A stretch of 60,983 bases of DNA, from assembly GCA_964466335.1 (NCBI GenBank), contig CAYXSD010000003.1, positions 37,450-98,432 of the forward strand, in the 5' to 3' direction. The stretch's first letter is position 1, and each line of letters opens with the position of its first letter. The notes below the pieces were generated by a model. It was not told where the DNA came from. It saw nothing but the letters and a program-made list of their open reading frames with translations, and did no database searches. This DNA comes from an uncultured Spirochaetales bacterium. GTDB lineage: Bacteria; Spirochaetota; Spirochaetia; SPDA01; CAYXSD01. Below, in pieces: positions 9,283-17,658 of the stretch. The position numbers were made by a program, and so were the translations under genes.

Positions 9283-11202
9283 TTAAGAGGCAAGGAGTTC
9301 CTTCACCTCTTCGGCTTTTTTATAATCCGGGTTCTTTTCCAAAAGAAGAGAGAGAATCTGCTTCCCCGCTTCTTCGTTCCCATCTTTTATAAGAAGGAGT
9401 CCCTGCTGATAATAAGCGTCCCAAAAACTTGGTTCAATTTTTATCAATGTTGTTAAAGCCTTTTGGGCTTCCTCGAAGTTGCTATTCTCTATGTAAGCCA
9501 GGGCTTGATTGTACCGGATCTCAGGATCATTAGGTGAAACTTCAATGGCCTTTGCGTAATGCTTAACACTCTCTTCGTAAAGACCGAGATGAAGATAAGC
9601 GTTCCCTAAATTGTTGTTCACTTCCAGGGCATTGGGATCTATTTTATATGCCTCCACAAGAAATTTTCTCGCCTGTTCGTATGACTCTTCTTCAATGTAA
9701 ATAACACCGAGATTTATAAGGGGTTTTATATAATTCGGGTCCGCTTTTATGGCCTGCATATAGGCTTTCTTTGCAGCTTCCCCGTTTCCGGTGGCTTCGC
9801 TTGCCTCTCCCAGCGTATAGAGATAGGAAGGAGAAGCAGGATGTAAGCTCACTGCCTTTGCCGCATAGGGAAGTGATTCGTTTGATTTGTTAAGTCTCAG
9901 TTTTGTCTGCGCCATATTGTAGTTAAGGACTGCATCTTCCGGCTTCATATCCAGGGCCTTACCGAAGTATGTCTCCGCTTGTTCGTAACGCTCCATTCGA
10001 AAGTAGACGGTGGCAAGCTTAGCTGCAAATATGGGTTGATTTGGATTTAGATCATAGGCCTTTTTATAGGCCTCCGCTGCTGAGCGAAAGTCGCCCAGGT
10101 CCTTCTGAGTTTCGGCCAACTGATAGTAGGCCAATTCAAACTGAGGATCCATGGCGACCGCCTTTCGAAAGGCTGAAGCTGCCATTTGAAGTTGACCCAA
10201 CTTCTGCAGTGTCCTGCCAAGACGGTAGTGGGCATTTGCATAATCTCCTTTCTGATGTATGGAACCTTCAAAGGACTGTCTTGCCGATTCGTACTTTTTC
10301 TGATTGTACTGGACCACGCCCAGGTCGTAGAGGAGGAGGTAATCATCGGGATTCAGCCGTACCGCTTCCTTTAACTCCTTTTCGGCATTCTCGTAGTTTT
10401 TCGCGTCTTTGTAGATTTGCCCTAAGGTATTGTGGGGGACCCAAAGATTTGGGTCCTTCTCTATCGCTTTATTCGAGTAGAGGATTGCCTGTTCGATTTT
10501 CTTCGGGTTTTCATTGTCCTCCAGATAGTAGGATTCTCCGAGTCTCGCATAAGCCTCCGCGGAATCCTTATCAATGGATAGGGCCTCCTGAAAAGCCTCT
10601 CGAGCATCCTCGTAGTTGCCCTTTTGGATCTCCGATACTCCCTTATCAATGAGTTTCCTCACTTCCTCCGCTTTCTTTCGCTCTTCCTCATTCAAAGCAG
10701 CCAGTCTCTCTTCCTCCGCCTTCTTGTCCTTTTCGGATTGTCCGCGAATTGCCCGCTCCTGAGAGGAACCGCCCAACTCTTCCAAACTCTTTTGGAGGGC
10801 CTCCTGTTGCTCCTGTGTCTCCTTTTTCTCCTTCTCTTCCCTTGCAGTTTTTATATCGATGATTTCATCTCTGAGTTTTCGAGCTTCATCATCATCCACG
10901 TCTTCAATAAGAAGCCTGTCCAGCAGATCTAATGCCCTCTGATACTCCCCGTTCTCCATATAATCTTTCGCAAGACGGAGGGTGTTTCTTCTAATTTTCT
11001 CTTGCTCCGTAAGTCCGGCTGGTTCTTCTTGTTCCGCGCCCTGGGATGCCGTTTCATCTTGGGCCTCCCCGGTTTTTCCTTCGGTTCCGGAAAGCAATAG
11101 AATCGCAACAATGCCGAGAATGATAATAACAGCCGCCGCGGCTATAATTATGATTATGAGGTTTTTATTTTGTTTGTTATTTTCCTTATTCATCCAATTC
11201 AA
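9283..11202 (-). CDS. Membrane-anchored TPR protein (Lmp1-like)
   Basis: N-terminal hydrophobic anchor, coiled-coil and about a dozen TPR repeats. ATG at 11193 is an alternative start. The position tail-to-tail with mutL recalls Borrelia lmp1/mutL. Confidence 0.8.
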   Translation of the reverse strand: MNWMNKENNKQNKNLIIIIIAAAAVIIILGIVAILLLSGTEGKTGEAQDETASQGAEQEEPAGLTEQEKIRRNTLRLAKDYMENGEYQRALDLLDRLLIEDVDDDEARKLRDEIIDIKTAREEKEKKETQEQQEALQKSLEELGGSSQERAIRGQSEKDKKAEEERLAALNEEERKKAEEVRKLIDKGVSEIQKGNYEDAREAFQEALSIDKDSAEAYARLGESYYLEDNENPKKIEQAILYSNKAIEKDPNLWVPHNTLGQIYKDAKNYENAEKELKEAVRLNPDDYLLLYDLGVVQYNQKKYESARQSFEGSIHQKGDYANAHYRLGRTLQKLGQLQMAASAFRKAVAMDPQFELAYYQLAETQKDLGDFRSAAEAYKKAYDLNPNQPIFAAKLATVYFRMERYEQAETYFGKALDMKPEDAVLNYNMAQTKLRLNKSNESLPYAAKAVSLHPASPSYLYTLGEASEATGNGEAAKKAYMQAIKADPNYIKPLINLGVIYIEEESYEQARKFLVEAYKIDPNALEVNNNLGNAYLHLGLYEESVKHYAKAIEVSPNDPEIRYNQALAYIENSNFEEAQKALTTLIKIEPSFWDAYYQQGLLLIKDGNEEAGKQILSLLLEKNPDYKKAEEVKELLAS

Positions 11203-11977
11203 GCTCCCCCTCCAGCTCCTGAATATCCTCTGATTCCGCGGATAGAGACTTGGTATCGCTGGAAGCCTGTTCGAGAGCGCCTAGGACTTCATCCAACAGT
11301 GCCTCCTGTCGTTTCTTCTCTTCTTCCGCCTTCCGTTTTTCTTCTTCCAATCGTTTTTTTTCTTCTTCTTCCTTACTCCGCTCTTCCGCCAAACGTTTCG
11401 CTTCTTCTTCTATTTTTTTCTGTTGTTCTTCTGTAATCCTTTGTTCTAGAATTGCTATCACTTTTTCTATTTTACTCTTCTGAGAATCCAGAGGTTTAAG
11501 AACGATATACCGCTTATAATCCTTTAGCGCTTCTTGGCGTTTCTGCAGTTTCATGTAAGCGTTTGCCCGGTTGAGTAATGCGTCCGCCCTTCCGGGTTCT
11601 TCTTTCAGGGATCTTGTATAGGCATTCACCGCCTCATCATATTTTTCGAGGGCAAAGTAATTATTCCCAAGATTAAAGAGGAACTGGCTGTCCATTGAGT
11701 CTGTGACCTCAATTCCCGCCTCTAATATAGAGATGGCCTTTTCATGGTCCCCCAACTGTTCATAGACAATCCCAAGGTAAAGATATACCTTTTCGTTTGC
11801 GGGGTCCTCATGTATAGCAGCTTCAAGCATGGTTGCCGCTTCTTTGGGTTTGTTTTTCATGAACAGCTCTTCCCCTCGCTCGTAGAAGGACTCTCCGTAT
11901 ACCCAAAAAATACCACTAAAGAAAAGAAAAGTAAGGAAACATGCGAAAATAATTAGGTTTTTTCTCGTAATAATCAC
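11186..11977 (-). CDS. Exported TPR protein with C-terminal coiled coil
   Basis: Signal/TM segment, 3-4 TPRs, E/K-rich coiled coil and acidic tail. Overlaps the next TPR gene. Confidence 0.8.
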   Translation of the reverse strand: MIITRKNLIIFACFLTFLFFSGIFWVYGESFYERGEELFMKNKPKEAATMLEAAIHEDPANEKVYLYLGIVYEQLGDHEKAISILEAGIEVTDSMDSQFLFNLGNNYFALEKYDEAVNAYTRSLKEEPGRADALLNRANAYMKLQKRQEALKDYKRYIVLKPLDSQKSKIEKVIAILEQRITEEQQKKIEEEAKRLAEERSKEEEEKKRLEEEKRKAEEEKKRQEALLDEVLGALEQASSDTKSLSAESEDIQELEGELELDE

Positions 11978-12014
11978 CTCATTTCATTTTATTTAATTTT
12001 CGTCAGCTGCTTTA

Positions 12015-12053
12015 GATTTTATATTTCATTATAGCATAATGAAATATAAAATC
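12015..12053. repeat. Perfect 18-bp inverted repeat in a divergent promoter region
   Basis: GATTTTATATTTCATTAT-AGC-ATAATGAAATATAAAATC. Contains an extended -10 (TGcTATAAT) on the minus strand. Confidence 0.9.
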
Positions 12054-12088
12054 GACCCACCATTGACCCTCCGAAAAATGGTAATTTT
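12027..12088 (+). repeat. Dispersed ~62-bp intergenic element, copy 1
   Basis: CATTATAGCATAATGAAATATAAAATCGACCC-N15-AAAAATGGTAATTTT. Matches 42295-42357 on the minus strand. Confidence 0.8.
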
Positions 12089-12113
12089 AAGAGAGGTTCC
12101 GTGACTTTTGGGT

Positions 12114-12142
12114 TTGACAGTCCTGGAAAAACAAATTAATCT
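12114..12142 (+). promoter_or_regulatory. sigma70-like promoter
   Basis: TTGACA-17 bp-TAATCT, 17 nt upstream of ATG 12160. Confidence 0.55.
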
Positions 12143-12159
12143 ACCTATTGGAGATTAAT

Positions 12160-13539
12160 ATGTCAACGGTCCTTATTCTAATTATAATACTCGGTTCCGG
12201 AGCCGGCATTTTAACCTTTTTTATTATAAAAACTGTGCTTCAGCCCAAAAGGGTCGCCACTCTGGCGAATTTACTAAAACAGGGTAAATACTCAGCAGTC
12301 GTACGAACGGCAAAGCAGATCCTGGCAAAAGAACCGCGTAATTCGGAAGCCCACTATCTTATTGGAAAGGCTTATATGGGGGACAACAAACCTGAATTGG
12401 CCCTAATGGAGCTGCAAACAGTAAATGAAATTGGAGATTTCGGGGGAGCTTGCCCTGAAATTGAATTTCGAGAGACCATTGCCGGTCTATTCGAACGTTT
12501 TAAACAACCCGAAGAAGCCTTGAAGGAGTACCTTCTTCTATTAAAGAAGGACCCGGGGAACCCTGAATATTACTTTAAATCCGGTGAATTCTTCGAGGCG
12601 AGGGACAAATCGGAAAAGGCGGCGAACTATTACAGAAAAACAATCGAATTAGACCCGCGCTATGGGATGGCCCACTTCCGACTAGGACAGATTCTTTACC
12701 GGGCAAAAAAACCGGTGGAGGCCAGGGCTGAATTGGAAACGGCTATTAAAATCCTTCCTGAGAACTATAATGCGTATTTCTACCTTGGTAGATTAGTAAA
12801 GGAAAGCCACGACTACGCCACGGCCCTACACCTCTTTGAAAAGGCCCAGCGGGACCCGGAGCTAAAGGTAAAAGCTCTTGTGGAACGCGGCGGGTGCTAC
12901 ATGAATATGAAAAGTTTCGACAGCGCCATTAGTGAACTCGAACGTGCCCTTAAACTCTCTAACAACGACAGCTCTCCGGAAACCCTCTACGGACGTTACT
13001 TTCTCGCTGCCTGCTATGAGAATAAACGGCAAATAGATAAGGCAATAGAACAGTGGGAAGCAATTTATAAAAAAAAGTCGTCCTTCCGGGACGTAGCCGA
13101 AAAGCTCAGTCAGTACCAGGAACTCAGACAGGATGACCGCGTGAAAGATTATTTAACCGCAGGCATGGAAGAGTTTTATCAGATCTGCAAAGACATTACC
13201 GTAGCGCTTAACCTGGGTGTTCGTGATTTGACAAATATACCTAATGGATGCCAGATCGTCGCTGTAGAAGCCGAATCGAAGAAGTGGCTTAACGCGAGGA
13301 AGATGCCCACACTCCTTTGGTTTCTTCGTATACCGGACATTATTCCAGAATCGACAATACGAAACCTCCACGAAGAAATGAAAAAATTAAATGTTACCAG
13401 AGGAGCACTGATTGCGAGTTCTAACTTTCATCGTAAAGCTGTGGAATACGCGGAAACCAGGCCAATCAATCTTTTTAACCAAGAAAAATTACAAAAATTA
13501 CTGGAGAAGGCGGACTCCCTTCAGAAGTCTTCACGATAA
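12160..13539 (+). CDS. Membrane-anchored TPR protein with C-terminal degenerate Mrr-like (restriction endonuclease fold) domain
   Basis: ATG at 12160 after GGAG; N-terminal TM; multiple TPRs. The C-terminal GALIASSNF..A..YAETRPINLFNQEKL resembles the end of Mrr_cat. Confidence 0.75.
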   Translation: MSTVLILIIILGSGAGILTFFIIKTVLQPKRVATLANLLKQGKYSAVVRTAKQILAKEPRNSEAHYLIGKAYMGDNKPELALMELQTVNEIGDFGGACPEIEFRETIAGLFERFKQPEEALKEYLLLLKKDPGNPEYYFKSGEFFEARDKSEKAANYYRKTIELDPRYGMAHFRLGQILYRAKKPVEARAELETAIKILPENYNAYFYLGRLVKESHDYATALHLFEKAQRDPELKVKALVERGGCYMNMKSFDSAISELERALKLSNNDSSPETLYGRYFLAACYENKRQIDKAIEQWEAIYKKKSSFRDVAEKLSQYQELRQDDRVKDYLTAGMEEFYQICKDITVALNLGVRDLTNIPNGCQIVAVEAESKKWLNARKMPTLLWFLRIPDIIPESTIRNLHEEMKKLNVTRGALIASSNFHRKAVEYAETRPINLFNQEKLQKLLEKADSLQKSSR

Positions 13540-14223
13540 ATGAAATTTTTATGTGTTTCCGATCATCGAGACCCATTAATTTACACTAATTCAATTAAAC
13601 AACGATTTAAAGACATTAGTTTTGTTCTCGGTGCCGGCGACGTTGAACTCCCATATTACGGATTTATTGTTTCCTCGCTGAACAAACCCTTGGCCTTTGT
13701 TTTTGGAAATCATAACTTAGGTGAATTTAAGAACTATCGAAAGGAGTACAATGATTCAGGTGAATGCATAGGTACAAGTTGTATCCCCAGGAAATCTTAC
13801 GGTTCTATATACATTGGCGGCAAAGTAAAAACCATAAACGGCATTATTATTGCCGGTCTTGGGGGAAGTATGAAATACAATAACGGCCAAAATCAGTATA
13901 CTGAATTGGGTATGTTCTTCTTCATGTTACGTCTCTTCCCTAAACTACTCTTTAACAGAATCTTCAAGGGACGGTTTCTGGATATTCTACTAACCCACGC
14001 ACCGCCATTTGGCATCCATGACAAACCTAATGACAGATGTCACCGTGGTTTTAAGGTTTTTCTCTGGTTTATGAGGAAATTCAAACCAAAATACTTGATA
14101 CACGGACATATTCACCTATATGATATGAACGCTAAGCGGGTCTCTTACTATAAGAACACAACCATTGTAAATTGTTATGGACACGTCCTGTTAGAAATAG
14201 AGGATAAACATGCACACTGTTAA
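13540..14223 (+). CDS. Calcineurin-like metallophosphoesterase
   Basis: SDH, GAGD, GNHN, LTHAPP and HGHIH motifs. Confidence 0.9.
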   Translation: MKFLCVSDHRDPLIYTNSIKQRFKDISFVLGAGDVELPYYGFIVSSLNKPLAFVFGNHNLGEFKNYRKEYNDSGECIGTSCIPRKSYGSIYIGGKVKTINGIIIAGLGGSMKYNNGQNQYTELGMFFFMLRLFPKLLFNRIFKGRFLDILLTHAPPFGIHDKPNDRCHRGFKVFLWFMRKFKPKYLIHGHIHLYDMNAKRVSYYKNTTIVNCYGHVLLEIEDKHAHC

Positions 14224-15133
14224 TGTAGACCAACAAGCGAAGGATGATTTTAATAAAGTACGAAAACAGGAAGTCATTCAAAAACTGTTTACCCTCCTTA
14301 ATCCTGAAAGACATGAACTTCTCTCCTTCGAAGAGGTACGTAAGCTTATAAAACCGCGGGGAGAATCCTATAGGGGAATGCAGGTTATTCCCATTTCCAA
14401 GATTGTCGGTAGCGAAGGGCGCTACAGAGATTTCAGCAAAGCTTTTCTCCCCAGAAAAGACTATATGCGGGGCAGATGGGAAAACATCGACCGCGCGCAT
14501 CTAAGGGATGTTTTTCTTCCTCCAATTAAGCTGTATGAAGTTGGAGGTGTCTACTTTGTACGAGACGGTAACCACAGGGTCTCTGTTGGCCGGTCCCAAG
14601 GGGTTGAGGCGATAGACGCGGAGGTTACAAGCCTCTCAAGTCATATCACACTGAATTCGGAAATGACCAAAGAAGACCTTAAAAGGGCCGTAATAGAATA
14701 TGAAAAAAAATGCTTCTACCAAGCTCATACTATTTCAGACATTGTTCCTCCAGATGAACTGACTTTTACCGCCACAGGTCGTTACGATGAGGTCAAAGAG
14801 CATATTCTTATTCATAAGTACTATCTTAATGAAAACCGGAAGGAAGAAATTTCTTTCAAAGAAGCGGTTCGGTCATGGTATGGAAATCTCTTTTACCCAA
14901 TAATAAAAACAGTTGAAGAAGAGAATATTCTTACCAGATTCCCTGGACGAACAAAGGCTGATCTCTATGTTTGGATAATTAAACATTGGGATGAATTAAA
15001 AAAGAAATACGGAGATGATCTTTCAATTCAAAAAGCAGCAGTGGATTTCTCCGAAAAATACGGAAAGAGCTTACTCAGACAATTTGTTGACACCATAAAG
15101 AACAGAATATTCTCTAAAAAAAATCGGCAATAG
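14210..15133 (+). CDS. ParB/Sulfiredoxin-like domain protein with helical C-terminal (DUF4032-like) region
   Basis: PPIKLY..YFVRDGNHRVSV motif. Overlaps the phosphoesterase gene by 14 bp. Confidence 0.75.
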   Translation: MHTVNVDQQAKDDFNKVRKQEVIQKLFTLLNPERHELLSFEEVRKLIKPRGESYRGMQVIPISKIVGSEGRYRDFSKAFLPRKDYMRGRWENIDRAHLRDVFLPPIKLYEVGGVYFVRDGNHRVSVGRSQGVEAIDAEVTSLSSHITLNSEMTKEDLKRAVIEYEKKCFYQAHTISDIVPPDELTFTATGRYDEVKEHILIHKYYLNENRKEEISFKEAVRSWYGNLFYPIIKTVEEENILTRFPGRTKADLYVWIIKHWDELKKKYGDDLSIQKAAVDFSEKYGKSLLRQFVDTIKNRIFSKKNRQ

Positions 15134-15863
15134 GATAGGGACCGGAACAGAGGAAGAAGCCATACCCCGGGTCTTTACCACAGATCCAGAAATATTCTGA
15201 GGTTTCTATTTCCCTTTGTCTTCGCTTAAGAAGGTCCTCAAAAAACCGCGGTCCGAAGGAGTTCGTCTCTTCCAAGAAGACAAAGCTGCCGTCTTTCCCG
15301 TAAAAACGCAATTCCCCCATCTCCTGGGAAACAGAAAAAACAGGCCCTCCCTCTTTTTTGTTAATACCCGGAAAATCCACCTCCTCTTCCCTAAGGAGAG
15401 GTGCGTTTATATACAAAGAATACTCACTTCGTTCTCCAGCCTTATCAACCGCAACTACCCTTATCTGACCGCGGGGTACATGTGTCCTCCTTGGAAAGAC
15501 AAGACTGTTTGATCCGATCCAAAGCTCATCCTGCTGCTGATGCAGCACCCAATTCTCCTCTGTTATTCTCCAAAAAAGTTCAGCTTCGTCGAAAATACAG
15601 TAGAGTTCAACAATATCATCATCGCCATCTTCATCAATAATGTGAGCAAAGAGAGAGAGGGTTTCATAGTATTTTCCTTTTACCTCATCTCTTACAAGAT
15701 TTATCTGATAGTACACCTCGGGAATTTCCGGAGGATGCTCATTACAGCTTGCCAAAACAAGGAACAAAAAAAGAAAAAGCAATAGGTACCAAAAAGAAGA
15801 ACATCGGCGCTCTCCGGTTCTTCTGCTATTCCTGATAGCCTTAACGATTAACAATTCTACCAT
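15114..15863 (-). CDS. Hypothetical lipoprotein
   Basis: Basic N-region, hydrophobic stretch and lipobox LASC. Start position is uncertain. Confidence 0.7.
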   Translation of the reverse strand: MVELLIVKAIRNSRRTGERRCSSFWYLLLFLFLFLVLASCNEHPPEIPEVYYQINLVRDEVKGKYYETLSLFAHIIDEDGDDDIVELYCIFDEAELFWRITEENWVLHQQQDELWIGSNSLVFPRRTHVPRGQIRVVAVDKAGERSEYSLYINAPLLREEEVDFPGINKKEGGPVFSVSQEMGELRFYGKDGSFVFLEETNSFGPRFFEDLLKRRQREIETSEYFWICGKDPGYGFFLCSGPYPIADFF

Positions 15864-16479
15864 CCTCCGTTTCTTCGATTATTCCATCCAAACGCATCTT
15901 TTTAAAGAGGGGAATCAAAAATCGTCGGGTATATCCAAGCTTTTCTCTTACCTCCTGAAGGTAAATCTTATCTCCTTTTCGCTTATTGCCAAGAATACAG
16001 TCTACTAATTCTCGGTATTTAGCCGGGGAACAACAGATCCTGTCATCACAAAGGATTAGCAGCTCTAATCGACTTAAGGCACGATATCCTTCCTTTTTTT
16101 CACTATGGCCTAGATGGTATATGTCTAGAATGCCCTGAAAATCTGTTTCCAAGGTTATCAACATGGTACGTAGATAGGGAGGGAGATATTTTTTGAGATC
16201 TAGGTCCAAAGCCCCATGCACAAGCACACTGCCCTTTTTAAGCGAGGGCAACTGTGGTCCAACTGTTTTAAGTACAGCTGCCGCGCTTTGTTCTTCTCCC
16301 GGCGGAAAAACATCCAACACTTCTAAGGTGAACCCTTCGGGTAGAAGATAGACTGTATCACCCTTTTTTATGCCCTCGACCGATTTCCAAGGGCAAATGA
16401 ACCGACACATCCTTTTATTCATATTTGTCAGAGCATCATTTTCTCTATAATGGGAAAGTATCTTTATGGGTCCTTTCAA
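15841..16479 (-). CDS. SelB-like protein lacking the GTPase domain (EF-Tu domain II-like barrel plus C-terminal winged helix)
   Basis: IKKGDTVYLLPEG..V and LKKGSVL resemble domain II. EVREKLGYTRRFLIPLF..GII..EDGRIV resembles the terminal SelB winged helix. Confidence 0.6.
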   Translation of the reverse strand: MKGPIKILSHYRENDALTNMNKRMCRFICPWKSVEGIKKGDTVYLLPEGFTLEVLDVFPPGEEQSAAAVLKTVGPQLPSLKKGSVLVHGALDLDLKKYLPPYLRTMLITLETDFQGILDIYHLGHSEKKEGYRALSRLELLILCDDRICCSPAKYRELVDCILGNKRKGDKIYLQEVREKLGYTRRFLIPLFKKMRLDGIIEETEDGRIVNR

Positions 16480-17609
16480 CCCGACAACGCCTCTCGGTTA
16501 ATTACTGGATTGGCATAGATGAGCATCGCCTTTCTCATCGTATTTTCTGAAAGATCGGCAAACCTATTGAGAAAACTATTCTTTTCCTTCTCTGAATACT
16601 GGTCCTTATATTTTTTTGATGTATGAAACACGTCATAGGCAATGTAGTTACTAGGCCATAAGCGATATATGGAATGAATACATCTGTCTATTGCATCAGC
16701 TACTTGAGGCACTCCTTCCCATACGCCGTGAAGAGGTTTTCCAAAAGCAAGATGTACCCTTCCCTTAAATCCTTTAATACCCTGTATTATTGCCTCTACA
16801 TCCTCGTTTTCAGCTTTTTCGTACGTGCCGGTCTCCTCCTTGATGGTAAGCTCCCTTGCTTTCATTGTATCGCAAGGATCATACTCGTAGGAAACTGCAA
16901 CCGGAACAATCCTGCATTGGTTTATAAAATCAGAGAAATTCAGGCCTTTTTTCCTTTGTGAAAGAAAGAGCATTTTAATAAGGGAAGGATTTGTTCTATC
17001 ATCACCGTCCTTTGCCCTTCCTTCTCGCTGTGCTATCCATACCCCGTTACCCTGGGAGAGGGTGTGCCAGATATACCTGGAGAGCTGATAAGAGGCCTTT
17101 ATGCGTTCCCGAAAGGGAAGGTTCCGCTTTACAATGAATCCTCTGTTTACCCGTATCAGATCTCCTACTAAATCGTTCATGAGTAGATTGTCCCCGAAGG
17201 ATATCTCAGGGGGAGTAATCTTCCTCTCCATAAGGATATGGCCGACAAGGGCCGCGTCCATGACAATATCTCTATGATTAGAGATGAACAGCTTTGACAT
17301 CTCCATTGTCGCGTATTCCAGGCCGGAGATACTCAAAGTTTCAATACTCCCAGGGACTATCCGATCAAGGATTTCTTTTTTAATAATTCCCTGTTGTAAT
17401 TCAACCCTGGTTTTCACCTTTCTCAGTTTGAGCCGCAGATAGAGAGAAAGGATATACTCCAAGGGTTTATTTACAAAGGGCGGACATTTTGGGCACACCA
17501 CTTCCCGAAGAGTTTCAAGGAGAACGCGGTCTCGAAGAAGTCGATGCAGAACATCCGGCAATTCTTCATCTGTATAGGGCCGTATATCTTCAAAGGATGA
17601 ATAGTCCAT
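16476..17609 (-). CDS. Glycerolipid acyltransferase (PlsC superfamily)
   Basis: SNHRDIVMD (HxxxxD), WIAQREGRAKDG, IVPVAVSYEYDP. Confidence 0.88.
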   Translation of the reverse strand: MDYSSFEDIRPYTDEELPDVLHRLLRDRVLLETLREVVCPKCPPFVNKPLEYILSLYLRLKLRKVKTRVELQQGIIKKEILDRIVPGSIETLSISGLEYATMEMSKLFISNHRDIVMDAALVGHILMERKITPPEISFGDNLLMNDLVGDLIRVNRGFIVKRNLPFRERIKASYQLSRYIWHTLSQGNGVWIAQREGRAKDGDDRTNPSLIKMLFLSQRKKGLNFSDFINQCRIVPVAVSYEYDPCDTMKARELTIKEETGTYEKAENEDVEAIIQGIKGFKGRVHLAFGKPLHGVWEGVPQVADAIDRCIHSIYRLWPSNYIAYDVFHTSKKYKDQYSEKEKNSFLNRFADLSENTMRKAMLIYANPVINREALSG

Positions 17610-17658
17610 GACGTTGATAGAGAATAACCTCTTTTTGGTTTTAAGTAAACACCATTCA

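Noticed and set aside
15841-17609. Selenocysteine (TGA readthrough) genes near the mini-SelB
   Set aside because: No neighbouring ORF looks truncated at TGA, and no sel genes are in the window.
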